Below are positions 8,732-17,473 of a stretch of 43,915 nucleotides of DNA, piece by piece. The DNA is from a virus (Duplodnaviria; Caudoviricetes), in IMG/VR virus record IMGVR_UViG_3300038808_000006, positions 1-43,915 of that record; one strand, 5' to 3'. A model generated the notes under the pieces. That model had not been told where the DNA came from, searched no databases, and saw nothing but the letters and a program-made list of their open reading frames with translations. Numbering within the stretch: the stretch's first letter is position 1; every line of letters begins with the position of its first letter. Position numbers and translations under genes: made by a program.

Positions 8732-9100
8732 TCAGCCGCCCTTTTTTGCCTCCTCAATCACCTCCCCCATGGCCAACCACTTCTGGACGGCTTCCGGGTC
8801 CTTGCTCACGATGACGTCAAAAGCCCGCTTCATTGCTTCGGGGGTCCGATCGTCGCCTGGAGGATAGAACAGGCGATCCACCGGAACACCGTACACCTGG
8901 GCAAGAAGCTTAAGGTCTTCAACGCGCACGGCCGTCTCGCCCTTCTCCCACTTGGCCAGTGTAGCCTGGTCCAAACCAGGAACAGACTGTGACATGGCGG
9001 CAATCCTGTCCACCACTTGTGGTCGAGATAGACCCAGGGCTTCTCGCCATTGGCGAAGTGTTGGCATCGGCTCTCGCCGTACCCGTGACTGCTTTCCCAT
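8732..9100 (-). CDS. CI-like XRE HTH repressor, no S24 peptidase domain
   Basis: LRQWREALGLSR...QATLAKWEKGET...LAQVYGV; divergent from Cro-like gene. Confidence 0.85.
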   Translation of the reverse strand: MGKQSRVRREPMPTLRQWREALGLSRPQVVDRIAAMSQSVPGLDQATLAKWEKGETAVRVEDLKLLAQVYGVPVDRLFYPPGDDRTPEAMKRAFDVIVSKDPEAVQKWLAMGEVIEEAKKGG

Positions 9101-9143
9101 GCGGACATTCTGGCGAAGGGCCGGAAAGGGAGTGATGGTCTGA

Positions 9144-9186
9144 ATAGCGAAAATGGCTTGCGCTCCCCTTAGCGATTATGGCTAAT
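9144..9186 (+). promoter_or_regulatory. PR promoter (TTGCGC-N17-GCTAAT) with two 17-bp operators (9144-9160, 9169-9185)
   Basis: atagcgaaaatggcttg and ttagcgattatggctaa match the PL operators. Confidence 0.78.
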
Positions 9187-9193
9187 AGCCGCC

Positions 9194-9394
9194 ATGACCC
9201 TCTCCGAATGGATGGCCTCGACAAAGACCAGGCCGGCTGAACTAGCCGATGCGGTCGGCGTCCATTGGGCCACGATCTACAAATGGAAGGCCGGACAGGC
9301 TTTCCCCCGTCGCCGTCAGGCGGAGGCGATCTTCCGGGCAACGAAGGGTGCGGTCACAGCGACCGACCTGTTGCCCCGCGAGGCCACCCCATGA
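9194..9394 (+). CDS. Cro-like HTH protein, probably leaderless
   Basis: AELADAVGVHWATIYKWKAG...IFRATKGAVTATDL; ATG 8 nt after -10, no SD. Confidence 0.85.
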   Translation: MTLSEWMASTKTRPAELADAVGVHWATIYKWKAGQAFPRRRQAEAIFRATKGAVTATDLLPREATP

Positions 9395-9547
9395 CCCGCG
9401 CCGCCGAAGTCCCGGCGCATGTGGTGTGCTACGGCGCATTCCGGCAGCCGCCATCGCGGCAGCGCCCTGAAACGAAGAAGGAGCGCGCCCTGGCCGGCAC
9501 GCCCCTTCGCTTGGTTACCCGTTCGCTTCGTAGTGGTCACTCGCTGC

Positions 9548-10015
9548 ATGAGCAACATCATGCAGCAGGACCGAACAACCGTGACGGAATTGTCTTCCGC
9601 CCCCAAAGAATTCCCGGCGGCCATGAATAGCGCCGCCATCATCGTCTCCGACCAGTCGGTGCGGCAGGAGATCGCGGACCTCATCCGCGACATCCAGGTC
9701 GCGTGGGGCGAGATGAACGCGAAGTCGGCCTGGAGCCGCATCGCGCAGGCCACCGCCATGACGGTCGGCCAGATCAAGCGCCTCGCCTACTGCGAGATGA
9801 CCGTGCCGGCGCACACCGCCGAGACCATCCGCCGCCTTGCTGAGATGGAGCTGGCCGCCAGTGCGCGCCGCTTCGAGCAGCGGTCAGCCCTCCTCCACGC
9901 GCGCCGTGCCGCGCTACAGAACAGGATCAGCCATGGGAATTCGAGCCAGGCGCTTTGCGTCGAGACTGAGGGATATGTGGGTCCGGATCGCAGAGTGGGC
10001 TCACAACGCGGCTGA
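9548..10015 (+). CDS. Phage regulatory protein in CII position
   Basis: HTH-like SRIAQATAMTVGQIKRL; synteny; start uncertain. Confidence 0.55.
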   Translation: MSNIMQQDRTTVTELSSAPKEFPAAMNSAAIIVSDQSVRQEIADLIRDIQVAWGEMNAKSAWSRIAQATAMTVGQIKRLAYCEMTVPAHTAETIRRLAEMELAASARRFEQRSALLHARRAALQNRISHGNSSQALCVETEGYVGPDRRVGSQRG

Positions 10016-10045
10016 GCGCTGGAACGACCGCGCGGGGAGGTGGTG

Positions 10046-10267
10046 ATGCCCCGCGCCACCTACACCCCCGCGCAGCGCGAGGCGGTCATCCGCGATTGGG
10101 CGACCAGCGGCAAGCTGCTCAAGGAACTGGCGCACGAGCATGGCGTCCCGATGGGGACGGCGGGCTATTGGATTTACGAAGCGCGCCTCAGAGGCGACAG
10201 CCGCGTTCCCATGCTCTCGGATGCCGAGCTTGGCGAGCGCCGCCACCGGTCGCGGAGGGCTGGCTGA
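10046..10267 (+). CDS. Small HTH-like protein
   Basis: LKELAHEHGVPMGTAGYWI; TGATG coupling to next gene. Confidence 0.6.
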   Translation: MPRATYTPAQREAVIRDWATSGKLLKELAHEHGVPMGTAGYWIYEARLRGDSRVPMLSDAELGERRHRSRRAG

Positions 10268-10944
10268 TGCCCGCCCCCAATCCCCGCATCATCGAGATGG
10301 TCAAGCAGGGCCTCACCACCGACGCCATCTGCGCCGAGTTGGGAATGCGCCCCCGCGGGCTGGAGCACCACATCACGCTTGCCCGCAAGCAGGGCCTCCT
10401 CCCGCCGTCCAAGTTCGATCCCCGCCGCGTCGATCGCGAGGCCATCCTGGATGCGTGGTTCGCCGGCATGTCTCGCCGGCAGATCGTCCGTGCCGGGATC
10501 GTCGGCAAGCCCCGCACGGTCGAGCGCGTCATCGAGACGGCGCGCAACCAGGGCGACCCGCGCGCCGTGTTCCGCGAGCGCCTGCCGTCCGTCGCCGTCA
10601 CCGAGGCAACGGTCCAGCAACTCCGCGCCGAGGGCCTGTCCCTCAACAAGATCGCCGCTCGCGTCGGCTGCCATCCCAGCACCGTCAAGAAGCTCCTGGA
10701 GGGCACCGTCGCCACGCCCGAGCCCGTGGAGCCCGAGCCGGCACCCTACACGCCGCCTCCCATCCGCCGCCGCGTCTCCGCGCTGCTCCCCGAGTACCGC
10801 ATCCCGGAGATCCACCGCCCCAAGGGCCCGCCGGCACCCAGCATCATCGACCGCGTGCCCGACCCCGCAGCCCAGGCCCGCGCGGCCAACCGCTCGCCGG
10901 CCGTGCTGTCCGCCCGCTGGGCCGATGGGTGGGAGGGCGTGTGA
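10267..10944 (+). CDS. Multi-HTH phage protein (225 aa)
   Basis: Three HTH-like units, e.g. GLSLNKIAARVGCHPSTVKKLL. Confidence 0.65.
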   Translation: MPAPNPRIIEMVKQGLTTDAICAELGMRPRGLEHHITLARKQGLLPPSKFDPRRVDREAILDAWFAGMSRRQIVRAGIVGKPRTVERVIETARNQGDPRAVFRERLPSVAVTEATVQQLRAEGLSLNKIAARVGCHPSTVKKLLEGTVATPEPVEPEPAPYTPPPIRRRVSALLPEYRIPEIHRPKGPPAPSIIDRVPDPAAQARAANRSPAVLSARWADGWEGV

Positions 10945-11390
10945 TGCTGGTCCAGCAGGATATCCCCGTGGCCGACGAAATCGACCGCCCGGCGCCGAAG
11001 AAGCCCATCCGCTCCCGTCCGGCCAAGAGCCGCGGCGCCCGCGAGACGGGCAAGGGCGGCGTGCATCGGGCTGTGGTGGCACTGGTCCGCCGCGCCTACC
11101 CGCAGGCGGAGGTCATTCACCTGGAGAACGAGACCTTCGGGCGCCTCACCCAGGCGCAGGCCGCCGCCAAGCGAGCCGATGGGATGCGCCTTGGGGCGCC
11201 GGATCTGATCACGGCCTGGCCGGGCGGGAAGATCGTGTGGCTCGAAGTGAAGCGGGAGAAGGGCGGCGTCATCTCGGACGCCCAGCGCGACTGCCACGCC
11301 CGCCTGCGCCGCATGGGCTTCCACGTCGCCGTGGTGCGCTCCGTGGACGAAGCCAAGGCCGCGTTCAAAGCGGCCGGCGTCATCGCCTGA
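10944..11390 (+). CDS. VRR-NUC domain nuclease (possible resolvase)
   Basis: GAPDL...WLEVKREKGG-x-x-S-x-x-Q...GFHVAVVRSVDEA. Confidence 0.82.
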   Translation: MLVQQDIPVADEIDRPAPKKPIRSRPAKSRGARETGKGGVHRAVVALVRRAYPQAEVIHLENETFGRLTQAQAAAKRADGMRLGAPDLITAWPGGKIVWLEVKREKGGVISDAQRDCHARLRRMGFHVAVVRSVDEAKAAFKAAGVIA

Positions 11391-11458
11391 AAACAACAGC
11401 GCCCGCTCCGGTAGCCGCCGGAACGAGCGCCACGCCAACCAAGGATGATCTAGATCCA

Positions 11459-11665
11459 ATGACAGGCACCGTGATCATAAGCATGGCTGACCGACGCGCA
11501 AGCATTGCTTTGGCCGAATTCGAGTCTGCAAGGCAGACGCTCCTCCGGGCTTGGCGCGCCGCCTGCGCCGCTGGGCAGGTCTCACCCCAGGTTGCCATGG
11601 AGGAGACGGCCGGGACCGCCCTCGCCATGCAGCAGATCGCCGCCCTGATGGGGGATCGGGCATGA
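11459..11665 (+). CDS. Phage hypothetical protein (68 aa)
   Basis: ATG at 11459; ATGA overlap with next gene. Confidence 0.55.
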   Translation: MTGTVIISMADRRASIALAEFESARQTLLRAWRAACAAGQVSPQVAMEETAGTALAMQQIAALMGDRA

Positions 11666-12246
11666 GCGAGATCCAGTACGACGGGCTGGCCATCCCCACC
11701 GCCTATCGCGGGCGGATGTACCGTAGCCGGCTTGAGGCGAAGTGGGCGGCGTTCTTCGACCGCCTTGGATGGGAGCACGAGTACGAGCCGGTGGACTTCG
11801 GTATCTGGTCTCCGGACTTTGCCATCAAGACCTTCGGCGGGCCTGTTTTTATCGAAGTCAAGCCTGTCATGGAGCCGCACGACGAGACGTTGGAGCGCAT
11901 GGCGACAGTCCCGGGCGAGCATATTCTCGTCGGGATGGCGCCGTTCCGCCCTGAGTGGGATGGGGGAACAGGCAATGGCGCTTGTCTGGGCTGGTTCGCA
12001 TCGAAGGAAACCGAAGATCCTACGGACTGGCATTCACCCAACGGCTACCCCGTGTGCATCACTACCAGCGGTACGCCATTCGGGTATGCATGCCTCACCA
12101 ACTCTTACCGTGACCGCATCAGCGACTATTACGACGGAAGCGTTGATGAGGCGATGTGGGCTGATGTGCAGCCCATGTGGGCCGATGCCTGCAACGCTGT
12201 CCAGTACCGCCCGAGGCGCCGCAGCCGCAGGCGGGTGCCCGCATGA
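11662..12246 (+). CDS. PD-(D/E)XK nuclease-family phage protein
   Basis: YRSRLEAKWAAFFD...EYEP...PDF...FIEVKP. Confidence 0.78.
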   Translation: MSEIQYDGLAIPTAYRGRMYRSRLEAKWAAFFDRLGWEHEYEPVDFGIWSPDFAIKTFGGPVFIEVKPVMEPHDETLERMATVPGEHILVGMAPFRPEWDGGTGNGACLGWFASKETEDPTDWHSPNGYPVCITTSGTPFGYACLTNSYRDRISDYYDGSVDEAMWADVQPMWADACNAVQYRPRRRSRRRVPA

Positions 12247-14513
12247 CGCCAGGGCTCCAGCCCAATGGGCCAGAGATCCGTGCCTTCTTGTCGGCCATCT
12301 TCCGGCATGCGGATCAGGGCACCTACATCAGCCTCAGGGCCTTCGATCAGAACGCTCGCGATGTCCCGCCGGTCCATATTGAGGGCGTTCAGGTAGGGCC
12401 GGACATTGCGCCGGTCCTGGCTCGGGCTGTTGCGGTCGCAGAGAAGACGGCGAATGGCCCAAAGCCAGCTGTCTTCGCGCCGCCTGTAGCAACGTTCGAT
12501 AATCCTCGCCGCGCTCGTCAGGATGATGTGGCGAATGGCTTGGCGCTCTCCGTCGAAGTGGACGACGCCGACCCGCGCGCCGCTCGGTCAAAGCTGGAGT
12601 TCCTGCTTGGCCCCGCAACGATTGTAGTGGCTTCGGGTGGGGATTGGGTCGATCCCAATACGGGTGAGCTCGTCCCGAAGGTGCATATGCACTGGAGGCT
12701 TTCGGAGCCGACGCGGGACAAGGAGAGCCACTCTTCCCTGCGGGACGCCCGATGGTTCGCGGCGCTCCTGGTTGGGGCTGACCGTACTGCGGCATCCCCG
12801 GCCCACCCCCTGCGGTGGCCCGGTTCCTGGCACACGAAACGGGCGCCACGGCTGGCATCAATCGTCGATGCCAACTACGAGGCAGAGATCCATCTCGAAG
12901 AGGCCCTGGAGCGGCTTCAGGAAGTGGTGGAGGCGACAGGCCTCAATGCTGCCGGGCCTCGCTCTCCTGGCGATCCCCAGGCCCCGATCCAGGATGTGAC
13001 GGCAGCCCTCGCCTTCATCCCGAACAATGACGTGCATTGGGGCGAATACATCCGTATCGGCCTGGCCGTCTGGCGCGCTACCGGCGGGTCTGACGCCGGC
13101 TACAGCGCGTGGGCTCAATGGAGCTCCAAGTCCAACAAGCACGACGAGAACAACTGCGCGTCGGATTGGGATCGCTTCGGACGGTCTAAGCCGACCCGCA
13201 TCGGCGCTGGGACCATCTTCTTCCTGGCCAAAGCCAACGGATGGCAGGGCAGGGGGGCAGCACAACAGCCGCCTCCCATGGATGAGGACGCCTACCCGGA
13301 GATGGACGAGGAAGCGCCCTATGCGAACGAAGAGCCTGGGCCATCGCGTGATGAGCCGAAGACCGCTCTGTGGTTCAACTCCAGTGAATGGGAGGAAGCT
13401 GCCATACCACCTCGACCATGGGTGGCGCCGCGGTTCCTGATGCGCGGAAGCGTGGCTGTCGCGGCCGGTATGGGGTCGGCGGGTAAATCGAGCCTCATGG
13501 TGTCGTGGTGCACCGCGCTTGCCCTTGGGCTGGAGCACGGCCCGTTCTCGCCTGTGAAGCCTTGCCGAGTGATCAACTACAACGTCGAGGACGACGACGA
13601 CGAGCAGAAGCGGCGCTTCTCGGCAGCCCTTCGCCAGTTCGATCGCCTTCCCCGCGATCTCGTCAACCGCGTCTATCGCTGCGGGCCGCACAACATCGGC
13701 ACGTTGATGGAGAGGGACGCCGCCTCTGGCCGGATCGTCTTCACCCAGGCTTGGGAGGAGCTAGAGCGCATGGCGCTGGAGCTCAAGCCAGACGTGGTGA
13801 TGATGGACCCGTTGGTTGAGCTGCACACGGGCGAGGAAAACGACAACACCGCCGTCAGGCAAGTGTTGGCCGTCCTACGTGCCTTCGCCAAGCGACACGA
13901 CTGCGCTGTCATGCTGATCCACCACACCCGCAAGGGCGCCACGGCTGGCGACCCTGATAGCGTACGCGGCGGCGGTGCCATCGTAGGCGCGGCGCGCATC
14001 GTTCTCACCGTCACCCCTATGTCGGAGGAGGAGGCAGAGGAGCTCGCAATCCCCAAGACTTCCCGCAAGTCGTACTTCCGGGTGGACAGCGCCAAGGCGA
14101 ACTATGCCTCGGCTGGCGAGGCCAACTGGCACGAACTAGCTGGCTATGAGCTCGACAATGGCGATCAGGTCGCGGCAGCGCTCCCCTGGACCGCCCCTAG
14201 CGTCACGCCCCGCGCCGGCTTCGATCCGGACCTCGTTACCATGATCGCCAACGACGTGCGTCTTGGCACCCCCAATGGCCCCTACAGCGCACGCCTGGAC
14301 CCTCAGGAAGAACGCTCCGTCGTGGCTGTGTTCCACCGCCGTGGCGTGACCGACACGAAGGCTCAGAAGGGCATCCTGAAGGAACTTCTGGCCAAGGGCT
14401 TCCAGATCCAGCCCTTCCGGAGTTCCGGTCGCAACACGCGGTCAGGGCTGCGGGCAGCAGACGGCCTCCCGGCGGCGGAGTGGATCGAGCCTTCCAGGGA
14501 TGCTGCGAAGTGA
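12243..14513 (+). CDS. Primase-helicase: RepB-like primase, PriCT-2 and AAA_25 (RecA-like) helicase
   Basis: KVHMHWRL and LRWPGSWHTK; WAQWSSKSNKH...IGAGTIFFLAK; Walker A GMGSAGKS, MDPL, IHHTRK. Confidence 0.85.
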   Translation: MTPGLQPNGPEIRAFLSAIFRHADQGTYISLRAFDQNARDVPPVHIEGVQVGPDIAPVLARAVAVAEKTANGPKPAVFAPPVATFDNPRRARQDDVANGLALSVEVDDADPRAARSKLEFLLGPATIVVASGGDWVDPNTGELVPKVHMHWRLSEPTRDKESHSSLRDARWFAALLVGADRTAASPAHPLRWPGSWHTKRAPRLASIVDANYEAEIHLEEALERLQEVVEATGLNAAGPRSPGDPQAPIQDVTAALAFIPNNDVHWGEYIRIGLAVWRATGGSDAGYSAWAQWSSKSNKHDENNCASDWDRFGRSKPTRIGAGTIFFLAKANGWQGRGAAQQPPPMDEDAYPEMDEEAPYANEEPGPSRDEPKTALWFNSSEWEEAAIPPRPWVAPRFLMRGSVAVAAGMGSAGKSSLMVSWCTALALGLEHGPFSPVKPCRVINYNVEDDDDEQKRRFSAALRQFDRLPRDLVNRVYRCGPHNIGTLMERDAASGRIVFTQAWEELERMALELKPDVVMMDPLVELHTGEENDNTAVRQVLAVLRAFAKRHDCAVMLIHHTRKGATAGDPDSVRGGGAIVGAARIVLTVTPMSEEEAEELAIPKTSRKSYFRVDSAKANYASAGEANWHELAGYELDNGDQVAAALPWTAPSVTPRAGFDPDLVTMIANDVRLGTPNGPYSARLDPQEERSVVAVFHRRGVTDTKAQKGILKELLAKGFQIQPFRSSGRNTRSGLRAADGLPAAEWIEPSRDAAK

Positions 14514-14519
14514 TCCGCC

Positions 14520-14730
14520 GCGTCACTCCTGCGTCACTCCTGCGTCACTCCTGCGAGTGCCGTCTGCGTCACTCCTGCGTCACTCCTGAAGTGACGCATA
14601 ATCCGTTAAATCAAGGGCTTATGGAAATGGCACGCAAATTGCAGAATATAGAACGCGCGCGGGCGCGCGCCCTCCCTACGGGAGGGGTCAGTGTGGTGCG
14701 CTTTCTGACGCGCGTCACTCCCGCGTCAGA
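14520..14730. repeat. Putative phage origin: five 11-bp iterons GCGTCACTCCT, inverted copy, AT-rich tract and further partial copies
   Basis: Copies at 14520, 14531, 14542, 14566, 14577; inverted AGTGACGC 14590-14597; partial copies near 14712-14728. Confidence 0.8.
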
Positions 14731-14795
14731 GACGCGCGCGACGCTGACGCTCTGCGCGCGCTCGGACGCTCCCATGATCGCGGGGAGCTTCTGAG

Positions 14796-15260
14796 ATGGC
14801 CGGAAGCCTGAATGAAGTGAACCTGATCTGCCGACTGGCCCGCGATCCCGAGGCGCGCTCCTTCGCCAATGGCGGCAAGGTCGTGAACCTCCGGGTGGTC
14901 ACGTCCGAAACCTACAAGGACCGCGACGGCAATCGGCAAGAGAGAGCCGAATTCCACTCCGTTGCTATCTTCAACGAGAAGCTCGGGGAGATTGCCGAGA
15001 AATACCTCAGGAAAGGCAGTCAGGTCTTCCTGCGCGGCAAGCTCGAAACCCGGAAGTGGCAGGACAAGGAAGGCCAGGACAGGTTCACCACCGAGATCGT
15101 GCTCCGCAGCTTCGGCGGCGAGCTGACCATGCTGGGCGGGAAGGGCGAGAGCGGCAGCAGCGAGCCCACCCCGCAGCGCCAGCAGCAGTCCCGTCCCGCT
15201 GGCGGCGGCAAGCCCTCGGCGCTGGACGACGACATCCCGTTCCAGAAGAGCTGGGAGTGA
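14796..15260 (+). CDS. ssb: Single-stranded DNA-binding protein
   Basis: MAGSLNEVNLI...DPE-x-R...KGSQV...ETRKWQD...LDDDIPF. Confidence 0.95.
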   Translation: MAGSLNEVNLICRLARDPEARSFANGGKVVNLRVVTSETYKDRDGNRQERAEFHSVAIFNEKLGEIAEKYLRKGSQVFLRGKLETRKWQDKEGQDRFTTEIVLRSFGGELTMLGGKGESGSSEPTPQRQQQSRPAGGGKPSALDDDIPFQKSWE

Positions 15261-15265
15261 TCGGG

Positions 15266-15490
15266 ATGCCCGCCCACCGCTTCGCCCGCCCCAGCCGCGG
15301 CCGCGCCTCCGTGGACGTCCTCCAGCAGTATTTCCGGGTGGAGGCCATCCGCGCCCTGCTGGACGCCGGACACGTCCCCGTCCGCACCTCCACGGGCTGG
15401 ACCGTCGGCACTGGCGCCGCTCAGCGCGTCTGCACCCACAAGCAGCTCCAGGAAGCCCGCAGGCCGGTTCAGGAGGATCTGCCGGAATGA
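15266..15490 (+). CDS. Phage hypothetical protein
   Basis: GGAG RBS; ATGA coupling to next gene. Confidence 0.55.
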   Translation: MPAHRFARPSRGRASVDVLQQYFRVEAIRALLDAGHVPVRTSTGWTVGTGAAQRVCTHKQLQEARRPVQEDLPE

Positions 15491-15711
15491 CCCCCCACGA
15501 CATGGCCCGCGTCGAGCTGGACCACCGCTACGGCGGTCTGATCGCCGGCCACATCAGCAACCTGGAGAAGGCCGTCCAGACGGTCCCTGAGGGCTCCGAG
15601 GACCACGCCTTCCTGGCGAACCTGCTGAGCCTCACCAGGCGCCTCCACAACGGCCTCCAGGGGCTGGTGCGGGCACCTGCCACCCCCGCCATGAGGAGCG
15701 AGCGCAAATGA
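15487..15711 (+). CDS. Phage hypothetical protein
   Basis: Coupled ORF with GGAGG RBS. Confidence 0.65.
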   Translation: MTPHDMARVELDHRYGGLIAGHISNLEKAVQTVPEGSEDHAFLANLLSLTRRLHNGLQGLVRAPATPAMRSERK

Positions 15712-16034
15712 GACAGTTCCGCCCCGCCACCGTCCGCGTCCCCGAACGGGCCGACCCGGCCATCCGGATGCTGTTCAAGCTCATGAACGAGGAGCGCCTG
15801 GGCTGGGCCGACCTGGCCGAGCGGTCCGGCGTGTCCGAGCGCACCATCCGCTCATGGCGCACCGCCTACGCCCCCAGCCTGCCCTCCATCCAGGCCGTCC
15901 TGGGCGTGTTCGGCTACGAGCTGCGCGCCGTGAAGACCAAGGCCCGCCAGGAAGAGGACCGGCTCTACGCCCTGCACGACCTCGGCCACACCGCCAAGGG
16001 CGACGCCATGCTCAAGGAGATGGGACTGCTGTGA
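15708..16034 (+). CDS. XRE-family HTH protein
   Basis: WADLAERSGVSERTIRSWR...PSLPSIQAVLGVFGYEL. Confidence 0.8.
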   Translation: MRQFRPATVRVPERADPAIRMLFKLMNEERLGWADLAERSGVSERTIRSWRTAYAPSLPSIQAVLGVFGYELRAVKTKARQEEDRLYALHDLGHTAKGDAMLKEMGLL

Positions 16035-16228
16035 GAACCCTGCTCGTCACCTACGCCAACGGCGTGACCCATCCCGTCCGCCTGCCGCCGGATGCCAGCC
16101 TGGACGATGCGGTGCGCGCCTACAGGGCGCCAGGAGTGTCCGTGGTGGTGCGGGACACCCCGGAACCGGAAAACGCCCTGGCGACCCCTCCTGCGCCCGT
16201 CTCGGGGCATGTCGGGGGAGGGGCGTGA
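16031..16228 (+). CDS. Phage hypothetical protein
   Basis: GTGA coupling to upstream gene. Confidence 0.5.
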   Translation: MRTLLVTYANGVTHPVRLPPDASLDDAVRAYRAPGVSVVVRDTPEPENALATPPAPVSGHVGGGA

Positions 16229-16231
16229 TGC

Positions 16232-16423
16232 CTACCCGTCAATACGGGGCGGCGCATCGGCTGCCCGGCGTCTCAGCCAGCGTGCCAGATCGTCCGGCAC
16301 CTGTTTCCGCCCGTCCGCCATCCGCTGGATCGGCGTGTCCGTCCGGTAGCCCATCCACTCCGCCAGTGCGCGGCGCGAGATCCGCGCCGCCTCGCAGGCT
16401 TCCACGAACTCCGCGGGGCTCAA
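16232..16423 (-). CDS. Small HTH protein (opposite-strand moron)
   Basis: ISRRALAEWMGY...IQRMADGRKQVPDDLARWL; TTG start overlaps upstream stop. Confidence 0.7.
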   Translation of the reverse strand: MSPAEFVEACEAARISRRALAEWMGYRTDTPIQRMADGRKQVPDDLARWLRRRAADAPPRIDG

Positions 16424-16581
16424 CGGCGGGCCACCTCGTCGTGGAACGCCTTCTCGATCTCCAGCGCCTCGTCGGAGCCCGGCTCGACACCGGCTTCGGA
16501 AATGCGAGCCGCCAGTTCAGCGTTCAGGGCGGCCAGCTCGGCAGCGGTGTAGCCCTCGGTGTTCTCGGTGGTGAAAGCCAT
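16420..16581 (-). CDS. Small acidic protein (53 aa), not in ORF track
   Basis: MAFTTENTEGYTAAELAALNAELAARI...; GAGGAG RBS. Confidence 0.7.
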   Translation of the reverse strand: MAFTTENTEGYTAAELAALNAELAARISEAGVEPGSDEALEIEKAFHDEVARR

Positions 16582-16621
16582 CGTCGTCTAGCTCCTCGGT
16601 CCGGTGCCCATCACCGCGTCC

Positions 16622-16675
16622 GTGAGTGCAATATGCATTCACGTAGCGATGGCGTCAACAGGAAAATGCAATCAC
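16622..16675 (-). promoter_or_regulatory. Moron promoter TTGACG-N17-CATATT overlapped by palindrome GTGAGTGCA-ata-TGCATTCAC
   Basis: -35 at 16658-16653, -10 at 16635-16630; extra half-site ATGCAATCAC near 16666-16675. Confidence 0.65.
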
Positions 16676-16699
16676 CGGCAGATTTTTCGGAGGCCGCCC

Positions 16700-16972
16700 A
16701 TGCCCGCTGATCTCCCCTGCCGCGACGCCATCGTCGAGGACGTCGTAGCCCTCCTGCGCCGCCGCTCCGCCGTGGGGCTGGCCAAGTACGGCTGCGACCT
16801 CACCGGCCTGTCCCTCCGCGCCGCGCTTCAGCACCTGCTGGAAGAGCAGCTCGACGCGGCGAACTACACCATGACCGCCATCCGCAGGCTGGATGCGGGG
16901 GTGGCGGTCAGTACCAGGGATGCGTGGGGATACCAGCCGCATGTCGGTGATGGATGGGGAGACAAGGGGTGA
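16700..16972 (+). CDS. Conserved phage protein (R-x-x-x-G-x-x-KYG...EE-x-x-D-x-x-x-Y; possibly MazG-like fold)
   Basis: RSAVGLAKYG...HLLEEQLDAANY; GGAGG RBS. Confidence 0.65.
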   Translation: MPADLPCRDAIVEDVVALLRRRSAVGLAKYGCDLTGLSLRAALQHLLEEQLDAANYTMTAIRRLDAGVAVSTRDAWGYQPHVGDGWGDKG

Positions 16973-17373
16973 TGCCCGACGGATACACCATGGCCACCCG
17001 CCGCATGCCCGCCCTGGCCGAGCCGTTCGCGACGGCGGAGGAGGCGTGGTTCTGGACCTCTGCCGCCCTGGCGGCCCGCCGCGACGGCGCCCGCAACATC
17101 GCCGGCATGGCCAGTACCCTGCGCCCCTGCGAGCCCGATGACGTGGTGCGGGTGCTCAACCGGCTCTACTACCAGCGCCGCATCGACCTGATCCACGCCC
17201 GCGTCCTGCGGATCTGGGGAGAGAGGGGCGTCCCGCCCGACCCGCAGGCGCTGGGCGAGATGAGCGATGCCCGGATCTGGGACGAGGCGATGCGGCGGCT
17301 GGATTGGCCGTTGCAGGAGAAGGGGATTGTGGCGAACGATCGGAAATACCTATTGCGTGGCAGAAATCAATAG
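16972..17373 (+). CDS. Hypothetical protein in Q position; candidate late regulator
   Basis: EEAWFW...RPCEPDDV...WDEAMRRL; directly precedes late promoter and terminator. Confidence 0.7.
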   Translation: MPDGYTMATRRMPALAEPFATAEEAWFWTSAALAARRDGARNIAGMASTLRPCEPDDVVRVLNRLYYQRRIDLIHARVLRIWGERGVPPDPQALGEMSDARIWDEAMRRLDWPLQEKGIVANDRKYLLRGRNQ

Positions 17374-17381
17374 GGTATGGT
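17353..17381 (+). promoter_or_regulatory. Late promoter, pR'-like (TTGCGT-N17-TATGGT)
   Basis: Near-consensus sigma70 hexamers with 17-nt spacer upstream of terminase. Confidence 0.7.
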
Positions 17382-17402
17382 CGAGGGGATTTGGATAATT
17401 GC

Positions 17403-17441
17403 GCCCGGAGCCTGAGAATGGCGGCCGGGCTTTTTCATTTT
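17403..17441 (+). terminator. tR'-like intrinsic terminator
   Basis: GCCCGG...CCGGGC stem followed by TTTTTCATTTT. Confidence 0.7.
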
Positions 17442-17473
17442 CCAACGCGCCCGAACCTACGGTGGATCAACGG

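Noticed and set aside
9391-9630. ORF coupled to the cro stop (MTRAAEVPAH...)
   Set aside because: Overlaps the CII-position gene and lacks motifs; cannot be supported, though not excluded
14520-14597. CRISPR-like repeat array
   Set aside because: 11-bp head-to-tail units with no unique spacers and no cas genes; fits iterons
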